The notes below the pieces were generated by a model. The model saw only the letters and a program-made list of their open reading frames with translations. It was not told where the DNA came from and made no database searches. The translations under genes were made by a program, and so were the position numbers. From Lentisphaeria bacterium (lineage in GTDB: Bacteria > Verrucomicrobiota > Lentisphaeria > Victivallales > UBA1829), in the NCBI GenBank assembly GCA_017456495.1, contig JAFTJI010000028.1, positions 1 to 58,596 of the forward strand: a stretch of DNA of 58,596 nt. Direction: 5' to 3'. Below are positions 19,225 to 27,616 of this stretch, piece by piece. Position 1 is the stretch's first letter, and each line of letters starts with the position of its first letter.

Positions 19225-21543
19225 ATGTCTTGGATTGATTGGATCATTGCAATCGTGCCGGTGGCATTTGTGATCGGGATCGGTATCTGGTCCAGAAGAT
19301 ATGTCCGCGGAGTATCGGATTACATGGCGGCGGGGCGAATCTGCCGGCGTTATGTTCTGACCACGGCGCTGATGGCAGAAGCGATTGGATTGGTCACACT
19401 GATTTCCTATGTGGAAGTCCGTTATATGACAGGGTTTGCATTGACTTACTGGAACAACCTGATGCTTCCGCTTGGGATGATCCTGACCATGTCGGGCTAC
19501 TGTTACTACCGTTACCGCGAAACCAAAGCGATGAGTATCGGGCAGTATCTGGAAATGCGTTACAATCGGAGTTTGCGTGTTTTTGCAAGTTTCCTGCGTT
19601 CCATTTCTGAAATCATAGCCAACTCGATCATGCCGGCTCTTGCTGCAAGATTCTTCATTACATTTCTTGACCTTCCGCAGAAATTTACAGTTTTCGGTTT
19701 TGAGATCTCCACCTTTGCCGTTATCATGCTGGTGACACTGACGTTTGCAGTGTTGTTGATCTGTTTGGCAGGACAGCTTTCTCTTACGGTCACGGACACG
19801 ATCCAGGGGTTGATCTTCTTCCCCGTCATGCTCGTGTTTATTGCGTTCGTCTGGTACAAATTCTCCTGGTCCGGAGAAATCATGGAGGTTCTCAGCGACC
19901 GTTCAGCGGGGGAAAGTTTTCTGAATCCTTACGATATCAAGAAGCTGAAAGATTTCAACATCCTCATGCTTCTTACGACATTTATCGGAATGTTTCTGAA
20001 CCGTCTTGCCGGTATCGGAGGAGAAGCCAGTGCCGCATTGAATGCGCATGAAGCCAAGATGGGAGCGATCCTCGGAACATGGCGCGGTGCATTCATGGGA
20101 ATCTTTATGGTGCTGATCGCCACTGCTCTGATCACGATGCTGCATCATAAAAACTTCTCTGCAGATGCAAAAGAGATCCGTACAAATATTTCAAGAAAAG
20201 CTGCGGAAGAATTGGTGAATGATCCGGCAGAGCGGGCAGCTCTGATGCAGAAAATAAGAGCGATCCCGGAACATAAACATCAAAAAGGAATTGATGCGCC
20301 CTACTCCAGAAAAAATTCCCCTGATGAAGTCTATTTCAATACGGCACAGGCTCAGTTCGGAACAGATGGAGAGGGAAGTTCCAGGACCCAGCAGTTCAAA
20401 ACGCTGTTCCGTCAGCTGCTTCTGCCTGCAACGTTCCGTCATATGCTCCCGGTGGGGCTGACAGGATTGTTCTGTATGATGATCCTCCTGTTCATTCTGT
20501 CCACGGATGACAGCCGTATTTTCTGCGCCAGCTCCACGCTGGTTCAGGACTGTGTGGTTCCGTTCTATAAGAAAGGAGAACTGACTCCGGAAAAACATGT
20601 ATTTTACTTACGTGTTCTGTCGATCCTCGTTGGCGTGGTCTTCTTTATCGGTTCACTGTTCATGTCGCAGCTGGACTTTATCAACCTGTTCGTTCAGATC
20701 ACCTACGGGATGTGGCTTGGCGGCTGCGGACCGATGCTTGTGTTCGGGCTTTACAGCCGGTTCGGAACTGCTGCGGGTGCCTGGAGTTCCCTGCTGAGCG
20801 GTATGGGCTTGACTGCGTTCGGGATCTTCCTGCAGCGCGGCTGGGCGAAAACAATTTATCCCTGGCTGGAAAGCAACGGATATGTCCCCGCCGTTCAGAA
20901 TTTCCTGACGACCATCTCCAAGCCGTTCTATCCGTATGTTGACTGGACGGAGATGACCCGGTTGAAATGTCCCATCAACTCTTATGAGTTCTATCTGTGT
21001 TCCATGCTGCTGTCACTGGCAGTTTATGTGATCGTCTCCAAGCTGACATTCAAGGAACCGTTCAATCTTGACCGTATGCTTCATCGCGGAGAGTATGCAG
21101 TGGAAGGCGAAGAAAAGAAGACATTCAGCTTCAAAGAAAATTTCAATCTGAAACGGTTTTTCTCCATCTTCGTAGGAATCACTCCCCAGCATACACGCGG
21201 CGACAAAATCATTGTCTGGAGTGTGTTCATCTATACGTTCGTTTACAAATTCCTGTTGTTCTTTGTAGGTGTGGCAATCTGGAACGAGATCTCTCCCTGG
21301 CCCATTGAGTGGTGGGGCAAATACTTCTTCATCACCTGTCTGCTGGTTCCCGGTATTTCCGGTTTGATCACCGTCGTCTGGTTCACCATCGGAAGTTCCA
21401 GAGACCTTGTCCGGATGTTCCGGGATTTGGAACAACGCACCGATAACCCGCTGGACAACGGAATGGTGGAAGGAGATATTTCCATTTCTGACAAAGAGCA
21501 GGTGGAAAAAGTTGAAGCACCGAAAAACGAAGAGAAAAAGTAA
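19225..21543 (+). CDS. Sodium:solute symporter (SSS) family transporter, long form
   Basis: At least 13 hydrophobic segments, SSS-like N-terminus (IAIVPVAFVIGIGIWSRRYVRGVSDYMAAGR) and a charged C-terminal tail. GAGGAG RBS. Confidence 0.8.
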   Translation: MSWIDWIIAIVPVAFVIGIGIWSRRYVRGVSDYMAAGRICRRYVLTTALMAEAIGLVTLISYVEVRYMTGFALTYWNNLMLPLGMILTMSGYCYYRYRETKAMSIGQYLEMRYNRSLRVFASFLRSISEIIANSIMPALAARFFITFLDLPQKFTVFGFEISTFAVIMLVTLTFAVLLICLAGQLSLTVTDTIQGLIFFPVMLVFIAFVWYKFSWSGEIMEVLSDRSAGESFLNPYDIKKLKDFNILMLLTTFIGMFLNRLAGIGGEASAALNAHEAKMGAILGTWRGAFMGIFMVLIATALITMLHHKNFSADAKEIRTNISRKAAEELVNDPAERAALMQKIRAIPEHKHQKGIDAPYSRKNSPDEVYFNTAQAQFGTDGEGSSRTQQFKTLFRQLLLPATFRHMLPVGLTGLFCMMILLFILSTDDSRIFCASSTLVQDCVVPFYKKGELTPEKHVFYLRVLSILVGVVFFIGSLFMSQLDFINLFVQITYGMWLGGCGPMLVFGLYSRFGTAAGAWSSLLSGMGLTAFGIFLQRGWAKTIYPWLESNGYVPAVQNFLTTISKPFYPYVDWTEMTRLKCPINSYEFYLCSMLLSLAVYVIVSKLTFKEPFNLDRMLHRGEYAVEGEEKKTFSFKENFNLKRFFSIFVGITPQHTRGDKIIVWSVFIYTFVYKFLLFFVGVAIWNEISPWPIEWWGKYFFITCLLVPGISGLITVVWFTIGSSRDLVRMFRDLEQRTDNPLDNGMVEGDISISDKEQVEKVEAPKNEEKK

Positions 21544-21574
21544 AACGCTGTTTTGTTGAGAAGCGATCATATCA

Positions 21575-21619
21575 AACCTGTCAGCACGGAAGAACCTTTT
21601 TCCGGCTGACAGGTTTTAT
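21575..21619 (+). terminator. Intrinsic terminator at the end of the 10.9-21.5 kb operon
   Basis: Stem AACCTGTCAGC / GCTGACAGGTT followed by TTTAT. Confidence 0.7.
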
Positions 21620-21664
21620 GGATTTGACAGAAAACAGAAAAATCCGCACAGGAAAGGTTGTTTT

Positions 21665-24124
21665 ATGTACGATAAAGATTCTTTGATCAGATATTTTCAT
21701 GATTTTTCGCAGAAAATCAACCGGAAACGGCTGATGTCCCGGCTGGAAACGCTTGCAAACTTTGAAAGACCGCAAACCTCTCCGGCTCAGGAACGCGCGG
21801 CAGAATATACATTTTCCCTTTTGAAAGAAGATGGTTTCACCAATCCGGAACTGCTGAAATTCCCTGCAGATGGAAAAACTGTTTATCAGGATAAGATCAT
21901 GCCTTTGCTGTGGGATGTCTCCAAAGCCGTTCTTTCGTCCGCTGCAACGGGGGAAGTCTATGCGGATTATGAAGCGAATCCCTTTGCCATCGTTGCCGGC
22001 TCCACTGCCACGCCGCCGGAGGGGATCTATACCCAAGTCATTACGGAAACGCAATTATTGTCCGGAGAAGATGCTGCCGGTGCATTGGTTCTGCTCTCCC
22101 CCGGAACCAGGCCCTGCAATACGGTTTTACGTCCGCTGCTGGATTTGGGCGCGATCGGTTTTGTGAGCGATTATCTTTCCGGACGGTATCAAACTCCCGA
22201 TGCGTGTCAATGGGTCAACGGCTGTACCGATGCCGGAGATTGGCATGTGACTTTGGAGGACCGGGACTTTATCGGTTTTTCCGTATCTCCGAAAGTCGGG
22301 GCAAAACTGCGCGCTCTCGCTGATAAAGGGAACTGCAATGTTCATGTCATCAGCGATGCCCGCCGGTACAGCGGAGAAATCTCCGTTGTGACCGGATTGA
22401 TCCCCGGGAAATCAGAAAAAGAGTTCTGGATCGTTGCGCATCTCTATGAACCTCTGCTGAATGATGATTCCACCGGAGTGACTGCTGCTGTCGAAATTGC
22501 AAGAATGATCCGGGATACGGTTCAGACAGAATACTCCATCCGGGTCGTTTTCGCCCATGAACTCTACGGTTTTGCCGCATACGCATCATATCGGGGCGAT
22601 TATCTTGGAAATCAAGTCGTTGGCGGCTGCAATCTTGATGATCTTGCTTCCTGTCAGCCGGGAAAACTTTTGCTTGTTCCTGCCGGAGAAGCTGTTCCGT
22701 TCCACGGAAATGAGATCCTGAAACAGTGTTTTGAATCCATGCAGGAGGTCGTCCCGGGACTTCAACTGGACTCCTGCGGACAATATTATGATGACCTTGC
22801 TCTGGGCGATCCGACCGTTGGTGTTCCCATGACCTGGCTCATGGGAAAAGGTTCACTCTGGCACAATTCAGCACAATGTGAGAAGGATTATATCGACCCG
22901 GAAATCTTTTTCCGGACAACAGCCTTCGCCGCAGCATATATTTTCGCCTGTGCTGATACGCCTGCCGGAACAGTAACGATCCGCCGGACTCCTCCGGCTG
23001 CAGAAAAACATTCTCCCGTCCGGGATTATGCCACACAAATCGTTTTTGCAAGAAACAGCTGCGGTTTTCCGTTCTCATTGGCGAAGATCCCTCACAGAAA
23101 ACGCCCGGTTCTGCCAGACGGTGTGCTGTATGGTCCTTTTGCGAACGTGCTTGCGAATATGGACGGCAAAAAGAATATGGCGCAAATCATTCTGGAAACG
23201 GAAGGGGAACGGCATACAGAACTGAAAGATTCTCAGATCATGCAGTATCTGAACCGTCTGAATGTTCTGGAAAAATATGGATATCTGACCGCGGTCAAGC
23301 GTCCGGCGATCACAGAAAACGAGATCATTTCCGCCTTGAAAGAGTTGGGAATAACTCCTGATAATATCCTGCTTGTTCATGCCTCGACAACAAAGTGCGG
23401 TTTTGTTCAGGGCGGATCTGAAACGATCGTAAACGCCATCAGAAAAACAGCCGGAACTGCTTTGTTTACCACCTTTACCAATCCTTATATCTACCTCGGC
23501 GGACCTTATAAAGTCTGGAATTACCGTCCGTTTTCCAGTGATAATATAAAAGCGGTCTGGACTGGCGGCGCAGGACGTTATCTTCTTGAAAACGTTCCGG
23601 ATGCCGTCCGCAGCCGTCATGTGACCCACTCCTGGACAGGAGTCGGAGCTTTGGCGCACGCATGTCTGGATTCTCATGGTCCGGCGGATCCGCCCTGCGG
23701 AGAAACCAGCCCTATGGCAAAAGCATTGGAACTGAACGGAAAAGTTCTGTATTTCGGTTCAGGTCTTGCACCGTCCACCTTCCTGCACTATCTGGAAGAT
23801 CAGCTCCGTCTGGCATATCTTGACAGCGCAATTTGCAAAGTCAAGGAGGCTGACGGACGGTTGAAAACGGTTCTGATAGAACGCCATTTGCCGGGACACC
23901 GGGAGTTTTATACTCTGGATGCTGAACACGGAAAATTTTTCACGAAAGCCATTGCGGCGGGACTGGAAGTCAAAACGGTTCCGCTGGGGATCGGAAAACT
24001 TCAGCTGATTGATTTGCGGCAATTCTATGAAGTCGGTATGAAACTGCTGAAAGCTGAACCGGATCTGTTATTGTGCGACAGCGAAAAATGTGTATTTTGC
24101 AGTAAGTACCGACAGAAGAGGTAA
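21665..24124 (+). CDS. Fusion protein: M28/DUF4910-like aminopeptidase-fold domain + winged-helix-like segment + C-terminal AAC(3)-family N-acetyltransferase domain
   Basis: The C-terminal roughly 270 aa carries the AAC(3) pattern (ILLVHASTTKCGFVQGGSETIVNAI ... SRHVTHSWTGVGALA ... SPMAKALELNGKVLYFGSGLAPSTFLHYLE). The N-terminal roughly 480 aa looks peptidase-M28/DUF4910-like. Confidence 0.6.
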   Translation: MYDKDSLIRYFHDFSQKINRKRLMSRLETLANFERPQTSPAQERAAEYTFSLLKEDGFTNPELLKFPADGKTVYQDKIMPLLWDVSKAVLSSAATGEVYADYEANPFAIVAGSTATPPEGIYTQVITETQLLSGEDAAGALVLLSPGTRPCNTVLRPLLDLGAIGFVSDYLSGRYQTPDACQWVNGCTDAGDWHVTLEDRDFIGFSVSPKVGAKLRALADKGNCNVHVISDARRYSGEISVVTGLIPGKSEKEFWIVAHLYEPLLNDDSTGVTAAVEIARMIRDTVQTEYSIRVVFAHELYGFAAYASYRGDYLGNQVVGGCNLDDLASCQPGKLLLVPAGEAVPFHGNEILKQCFESMQEVVPGLQLDSCGQYYDDLALGDPTVGVPMTWLMGKGSLWHNSAQCEKDYIDPEIFFRTTAFAAAYIFACADTPAGTVTIRRTPPAAEKHSPVRDYATQIVFARNSCGFPFSLAKIPHRKRPVLPDGVLYGPFANVLANMDGKKNMAQIILETEGERHTELKDSQIMQYLNRLNVLEKYGYLTAVKRPAITENEIISALKELGITPDNILLVHASTTKCGFVQGGSETIVNAIRKTAGTALFTTFTNPYIYLGGPYKVWNYRPFSSDNIKAVWTGGAGRYLLENVPDAVRSRHVTHSWTGVGALAHACLDSHGPADPPCGETSPMAKALELNGKVLYFGSGLAPSTFLHYLEDQLRLAYLDSAICKVKEADGRLKTVLIERHLPGHREFYTLDAEHGKFFTKAIAAGLEVKTVPLGIGKLQLIDLRQFYEVGMKLLKAEPDLLLCDSEKCVFCSKYRQKR

Positions 24125-24139
24125 TACAGACCGACTGGC

Positions 24140-25018
24140 TTATTCATTCATTTTCCGGGTGATTCTCCGTGCATATTCTGCCGGAGAACACCCTTTTTCT
24201 CTTTTGAAAATCGCGCAGAAGTATGCCGAAGAGGAAAATCCAATCTGTTCGGCTATGGATTGGATCGTGTTTCCGGTTTCCAGAAGCAGCCGTTCTGCTT
24301 CCTGCATCCTCAGATTCATCTGATAAACCTGCGGGGATTTGTCGTAGACCGCGTTCCAATGCCGGAAAAAAGTTGCACGGGAAATATGGTTTGCTGCCAG
24401 CAGTTCGTTCAGATCTATGGTCGTATTGTAATTCATTTTGATGTATGAAGCAATATTCTGGATCCGTTGACGGCTGTCATTGTGAAGCTTCTGTTTTCCG
24501 GTATTGATCCGGAACAGGATCAATTCTTCCAGCAATTGAAATGCGAGCAGATCGAGTTTATCGGCAATAGAATAATTCTGGGAGATCCGCAGTTTTTCCG
24601 TCATTTCATGAACGATTGCAGTGATTTGCGGGGTCAATTCAAAATCCCAGACAAGAGGACCGCTGGAAAAATGGGCATCGAAAAACGGCTGAAACAGTGT
24701 TTTGTTATAGTGAATGCAAATACTGTTTGGAGAATATAAATAGTCGTTGTAATACCTGTGTCCCGGACATTTCAGGATCACATGGGGAAACGTGTTGATA
24801 TACTCTTCTCCATTGATATTATTCCGGATTTTTTCAACGTTTCCGGTCAACCGGAGAGAGAATTGGTATTCATCCCGGAAGTAAAAAACAGAATCTTTTC
24901 CACGCAGGGAACTGTCTGCTTCTGTTCCGCCTGGATAATAACCGATCGCATCAAGGGGATAGGGAAATGCAAAAAGGCGTTCTGTCTCATTCAAGCTGAT
25001 CCGGATATGATTATCCAT
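24140..25018 (-). CDS. AraC family transcriptional regulator
   Basis: C-terminal double HTH (ISRATFFRHWNAVYDKSPQVYQMNLRMQEAERLL...SSSAYFCAIFKREKGCSPAEYAR). Confidence 0.9.
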   Translation of the reverse strand: MDNHIRISLNETERLFAFPYPLDAIGYYPGGTEADSSLRGKDSVFYFRDEYQFSLRLTGNVEKIRNNINGEEYINTFPHVILKCPGHRYYNDYLYSPNSICIHYNKTLFQPFFDAHFSSGPLVWDFELTPQITAIVHEMTEKLRISQNYSIADKLDLLAFQLLEELILFRINTGKQKLHNDSRQRIQNIASYIKMNYNTTIDLNELLAANHISRATFFRHWNAVYDKSPQVYQMNLRMQEAERLLLETGNTIQSIAEQIGFSSSAYFCAIFKREKGCSPAEYARRITRKMNE

Positions 25019-25036
25019 AATATCCTTTTTCCGTTT

Positions 25037-26290
25037 TTACTCTTGTATAAATTCCCGGTAAATCGTAATCGGAATCAGTGCTGACCAGCCGCAGAAATCA
25101 GGGGATGCTGCCTTGGATTCGCTCTCACTCTGCAAAGGAGAATAATTCTCCCAGAGAGTCCCGGTTTTTTCCCAGACATTGTATGCTGCTGTATAAAAGC
25201 GTTCCGCTATTTGTTTTGCCAGATCCATACGCCCGTAACGGCGCAAACCGCACAGGGTCATATACATTGTGGGAGCCCAGACGGGACCTTTCCAGTAATG
25301 TTTTTCCGTAACGCCGAATCCGTCATCATCAGCAGACAGACTGGGGATTCCGCAAGGCAAACCGAATGTTTCCGAATTTGTCAAATGTCCGATCAGCCGT
25401 TCCGCACGTTCCTGCGGGGCTACTTCTGCAATCAGGCTCCAATAAGCTCCAATATGTTTGTGACGGATCAAGGATCCTTCCATGTAATCTTTGTAAAAGC
25501 CTTCTGTTTCATCCCAGCAGAGCCTGTTGATCGTCTCTGCCAGTTTTTTGTGTTCGGTCCGAAACTCTGCGGCATCCTTTTCATATCCGAATTTTTCCGC
25601 GATTTTTGCCAGGTTCAAAGCATCGAAAGCGACCTGACATGTTGTGTCGACCCAGCCCAACTGTCTGTTCAAATCAAAATATTTTTCACCGTGGGATATC
25701 ATGTTCCGGTAGAAACGATCGCCCCGTTCCCCCTCATCAAGAATCGCTGCTCGTGTCAGTTTGATTCCGTCCGGATGAGAATAAGTTTCCGGATCATTCA
25801 CTCTTGGGATATCGTCCATTCCGCAGCCCCAATGATCTGTGAAATACAAACCGTCGCTGCGCTGCCATTTGTAATTGAAGCGGTGCAGTTTGACCAAATG
25901 AGGATAAACTTTTTTGAGTCTTCCGGGAAAAATCCCCAGTTCATCCAGCTCCAGTTCGATCCAGCTCAACAATGGCGGTGCGAAACTTACGGGAAAATCC
26001 GGGGACCATTTGCTGATCCCGTTGCTGTGGATCTGACGGGAGATGAATCCCTCCTCAGTCTGACAGCGGTAGAAGTTATCCAGAGATCCTTCCAGCGGGA
26101 AGCGGGTACTGTAATATTTTGCCCAATGTCCGCAGAAAGCAGTATCCCATAAAAAGATATCTTCAAAAGCCCCGCCGGTTCCCAAACGCGGAGAACAAAG
26201 TTTTGTCGGTTTTTCATCCCGGAACATTTTCCTGTCAGCGATCTCCAACGCTGCCTGACAAAAAGCCTCTGTACGCATAACTGAACACAT
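25037..26290 (-). CDS. Six-hairpin (alpha/alpha)6 glycoside hydrolase, GH63/GH37 trehalase-like
   Basis: FEDIFLWDTAFCGHW, WKGPVWAPTMYM and GTLWENYSP blocks are typical of MGH1/GH63-like enzymes. The ATG at 26290 has better RBS spacing than the one at 26299. Confidence 0.65.
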   Translation of the reverse strand: MCSVMRTEAFCQAALEIADRKMFRDEKPTKLCSPRLGTGGAFEDIFLWDTAFCGHWAKYYSTRFPLEGSLDNFYRCQTEEGFISRQIHSNGISKWSPDFPVSFAPPLLSWIELELDELGIFPGRLKKVYPHLVKLHRFNYKWQRSDGLYFTDHWGCGMDDIPRVNDPETYSHPDGIKLTRAAILDEGERGDRFYRNMISHGEKYFDLNRQLGWVDTTCQVAFDALNLAKIAEKFGYEKDAAEFRTEHKKLAETINRLCWDETEGFYKDYMEGSLIRHKHIGAYWSLIAEVAPQERAERLIGHLTNSETFGLPCGIPSLSADDDGFGVTEKHYWKGPVWAPTMYMTLCGLRRYGRMDLAKQIAERFYTAAYNVWEKTGTLWENYSPLQSESESKAASPDFCGWSALIPITIYREFIQE

Positions 26291-26499
26291 CTTCAACATT
26301 CCTTTTCAGAATTGGATCTTTTCACGATATACCGGTATTTCCGGGATGGGAGTTAATATACCATTTTCAGCAGAAAAATCAAGAAAATTGTTGAAAAGGA
26401 CGCCTTTTTAACGCGGAATATTTTATGAGTGACGGAACGGGGCTGTTCAACAGTGAAATAAAATTACCTCCTGAAATAAAAAATATAGCAGTTTTCTTC

Positions 26500-26528
26500 T
26501 TGACAAATAACGTTTTAACGTGTATAGT
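26500..26528 (+). promoter_or_regulatory. Sigma70-like promoter candidate (TTGACA-17-TATAGT)
   Basis: TTGACA 26500-26505, 17-nt spacer, TATAGT 26523-26528, about 33 nt upstream of the regulator's ATG. Confidence 0.55.
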
Positions 26529-26560
26529 AAACTTGGTTAACCTAGTTGGAGTATATCCCC

Positions 26561-27616
26561 ATGTCCCTTGATTTTGCTCAAATAGCAAAGAAAATTGAAA
26601 TGGATATTAAAAACGGCACATATCCTGATACGCTGCCGTCTATTACTTCATTGGCAAAAATGTTTCAGGTTTGTACCTCCACGGTCAAACGGAGTTTGTC
26701 TCTGCTGCGGTCACAGGATCTTGTATCAGGAGAACACGGGCGGTGCGTCAGAGTAAATTCCAAAGCAGCCAGCAATCCTTATTTCAGGAAAAATGTGATT
26801 TTTTTGACTTCACTGGTGAATCTTTCCATGCCGTTTTATGCGGAAACGCTGGAGCTGTTGACGAAACTGCTTTTTGAAAAGTATATCAGCGTTCATATTT
26901 TCATTTCGGAAAATCAGGTAAATGAATGCAGTTTCACCCCGGATTGTGTCGTGTTTATCAACAGCGAGAAACAAGTTTTGCTTGATACGCTTCTTCGCAG
27001 ATTTCCGGATTGCAAAGTGATAAAACTGAATCAGCGGTCCAGCCGTTTTCCTTATGTGATCACAGACAATTACAACGCCGGTTACAAAGCGATGCGCCAT
27101 CTTGCAGAGGATTGCGGACACACACATATCGGTATTCTTGCGACCCAGCTGCACTACCCTCAGGCAATTTTTCATCAACGGTACTGCGGGGCAATGGATT
27201 ACGCAAAGAAACATCCGTCTGTAAAACTCAGTATGGTTGAAGTGGCGGAACTGGATTTGGAATCAGCAGGAAGATTAATGCCCCAGCTGATGAAAAAAGA
27301 TCCGCAGATCAGCGCGGTTTTTGCATCCTGCGACATCATGGCTCTGGGCGTTTATGGTTATGCAGCAAGATACGGATTGAAGATCCCGGAGGATCTGGCT
27401 GTTATCGGCGTTGATAATCAGAGTTTCGGAAAAAGTCTGGTTCCGCCTCTGACAACGATGTCGGAGAACGTGAAAGAGACTGCGGATCATCTTTATTTCG
27501 GAATCCTCAACCTGCTCATGAACAATCCTGTTGACAGAGAATGCGTTACGCAGCCGTATCTTATCGAAAAAGAGAGCACCGTAAAAAATTTATCCAGAGA
27601 GAGAGGTGAATTTTGA
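26561..27616 (+). CDS. Chimeric regulator: GntR-type winged HTH fused to a LacI/PBP1-type sugar-binding domain
   Basis: N-terminus LPSITSLAKMFQVCTSTVKRSLSLLRSQDLVSGEHGRCVRV is GntR-like. The rest (VITDNYNAGYKAMRHLAEDCGHTHIGILA ... DIMALGVYGYAARYGLKIPEDLAVIGVDN) is LacI-family-like. ATG at 26561 follows GGAG. Confidence 0.8.
   Translation: MSLDFAQIAKKIEMDIKNGTYPDTLPSITSLAKMFQVCTSTVKRSLSLLRSQDLVSGEHGRCVRVNSKAASNPYFRKNVIFLTSLVNLSMPFYAETLELLTKLLFEKYISVHIFISENQVNECSFTPDCVVFINSEKQVLLDTLLRRFPDCKVIKLNQRSSRFPYVITDNYNAGYKAMRHLAEDCGHTHIGILATQLHYPQAIFHQRYCGAMDYAKKHPSVKLSMVEVAELDLESAGRLMPQLMKKDPQISAVFASCDIMALGVYGYAARYGLKIPEDLAVIGVDNQSFGKSLVPPLTTMSENVKETADHLYFGILNLLMNNPVDRECVTQPYLIEKESTVKNLSRERGEF

Noticed and set aside
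26461-26470. AAATTACCTC, identical to the outer 10 nt of the MITE right TIR, in the GH63/regulator intergenic region.
   Set aside because: The match is only 10 nt with no partner TIR nearby, so it could be chance or an old remnant. That is too short to call.
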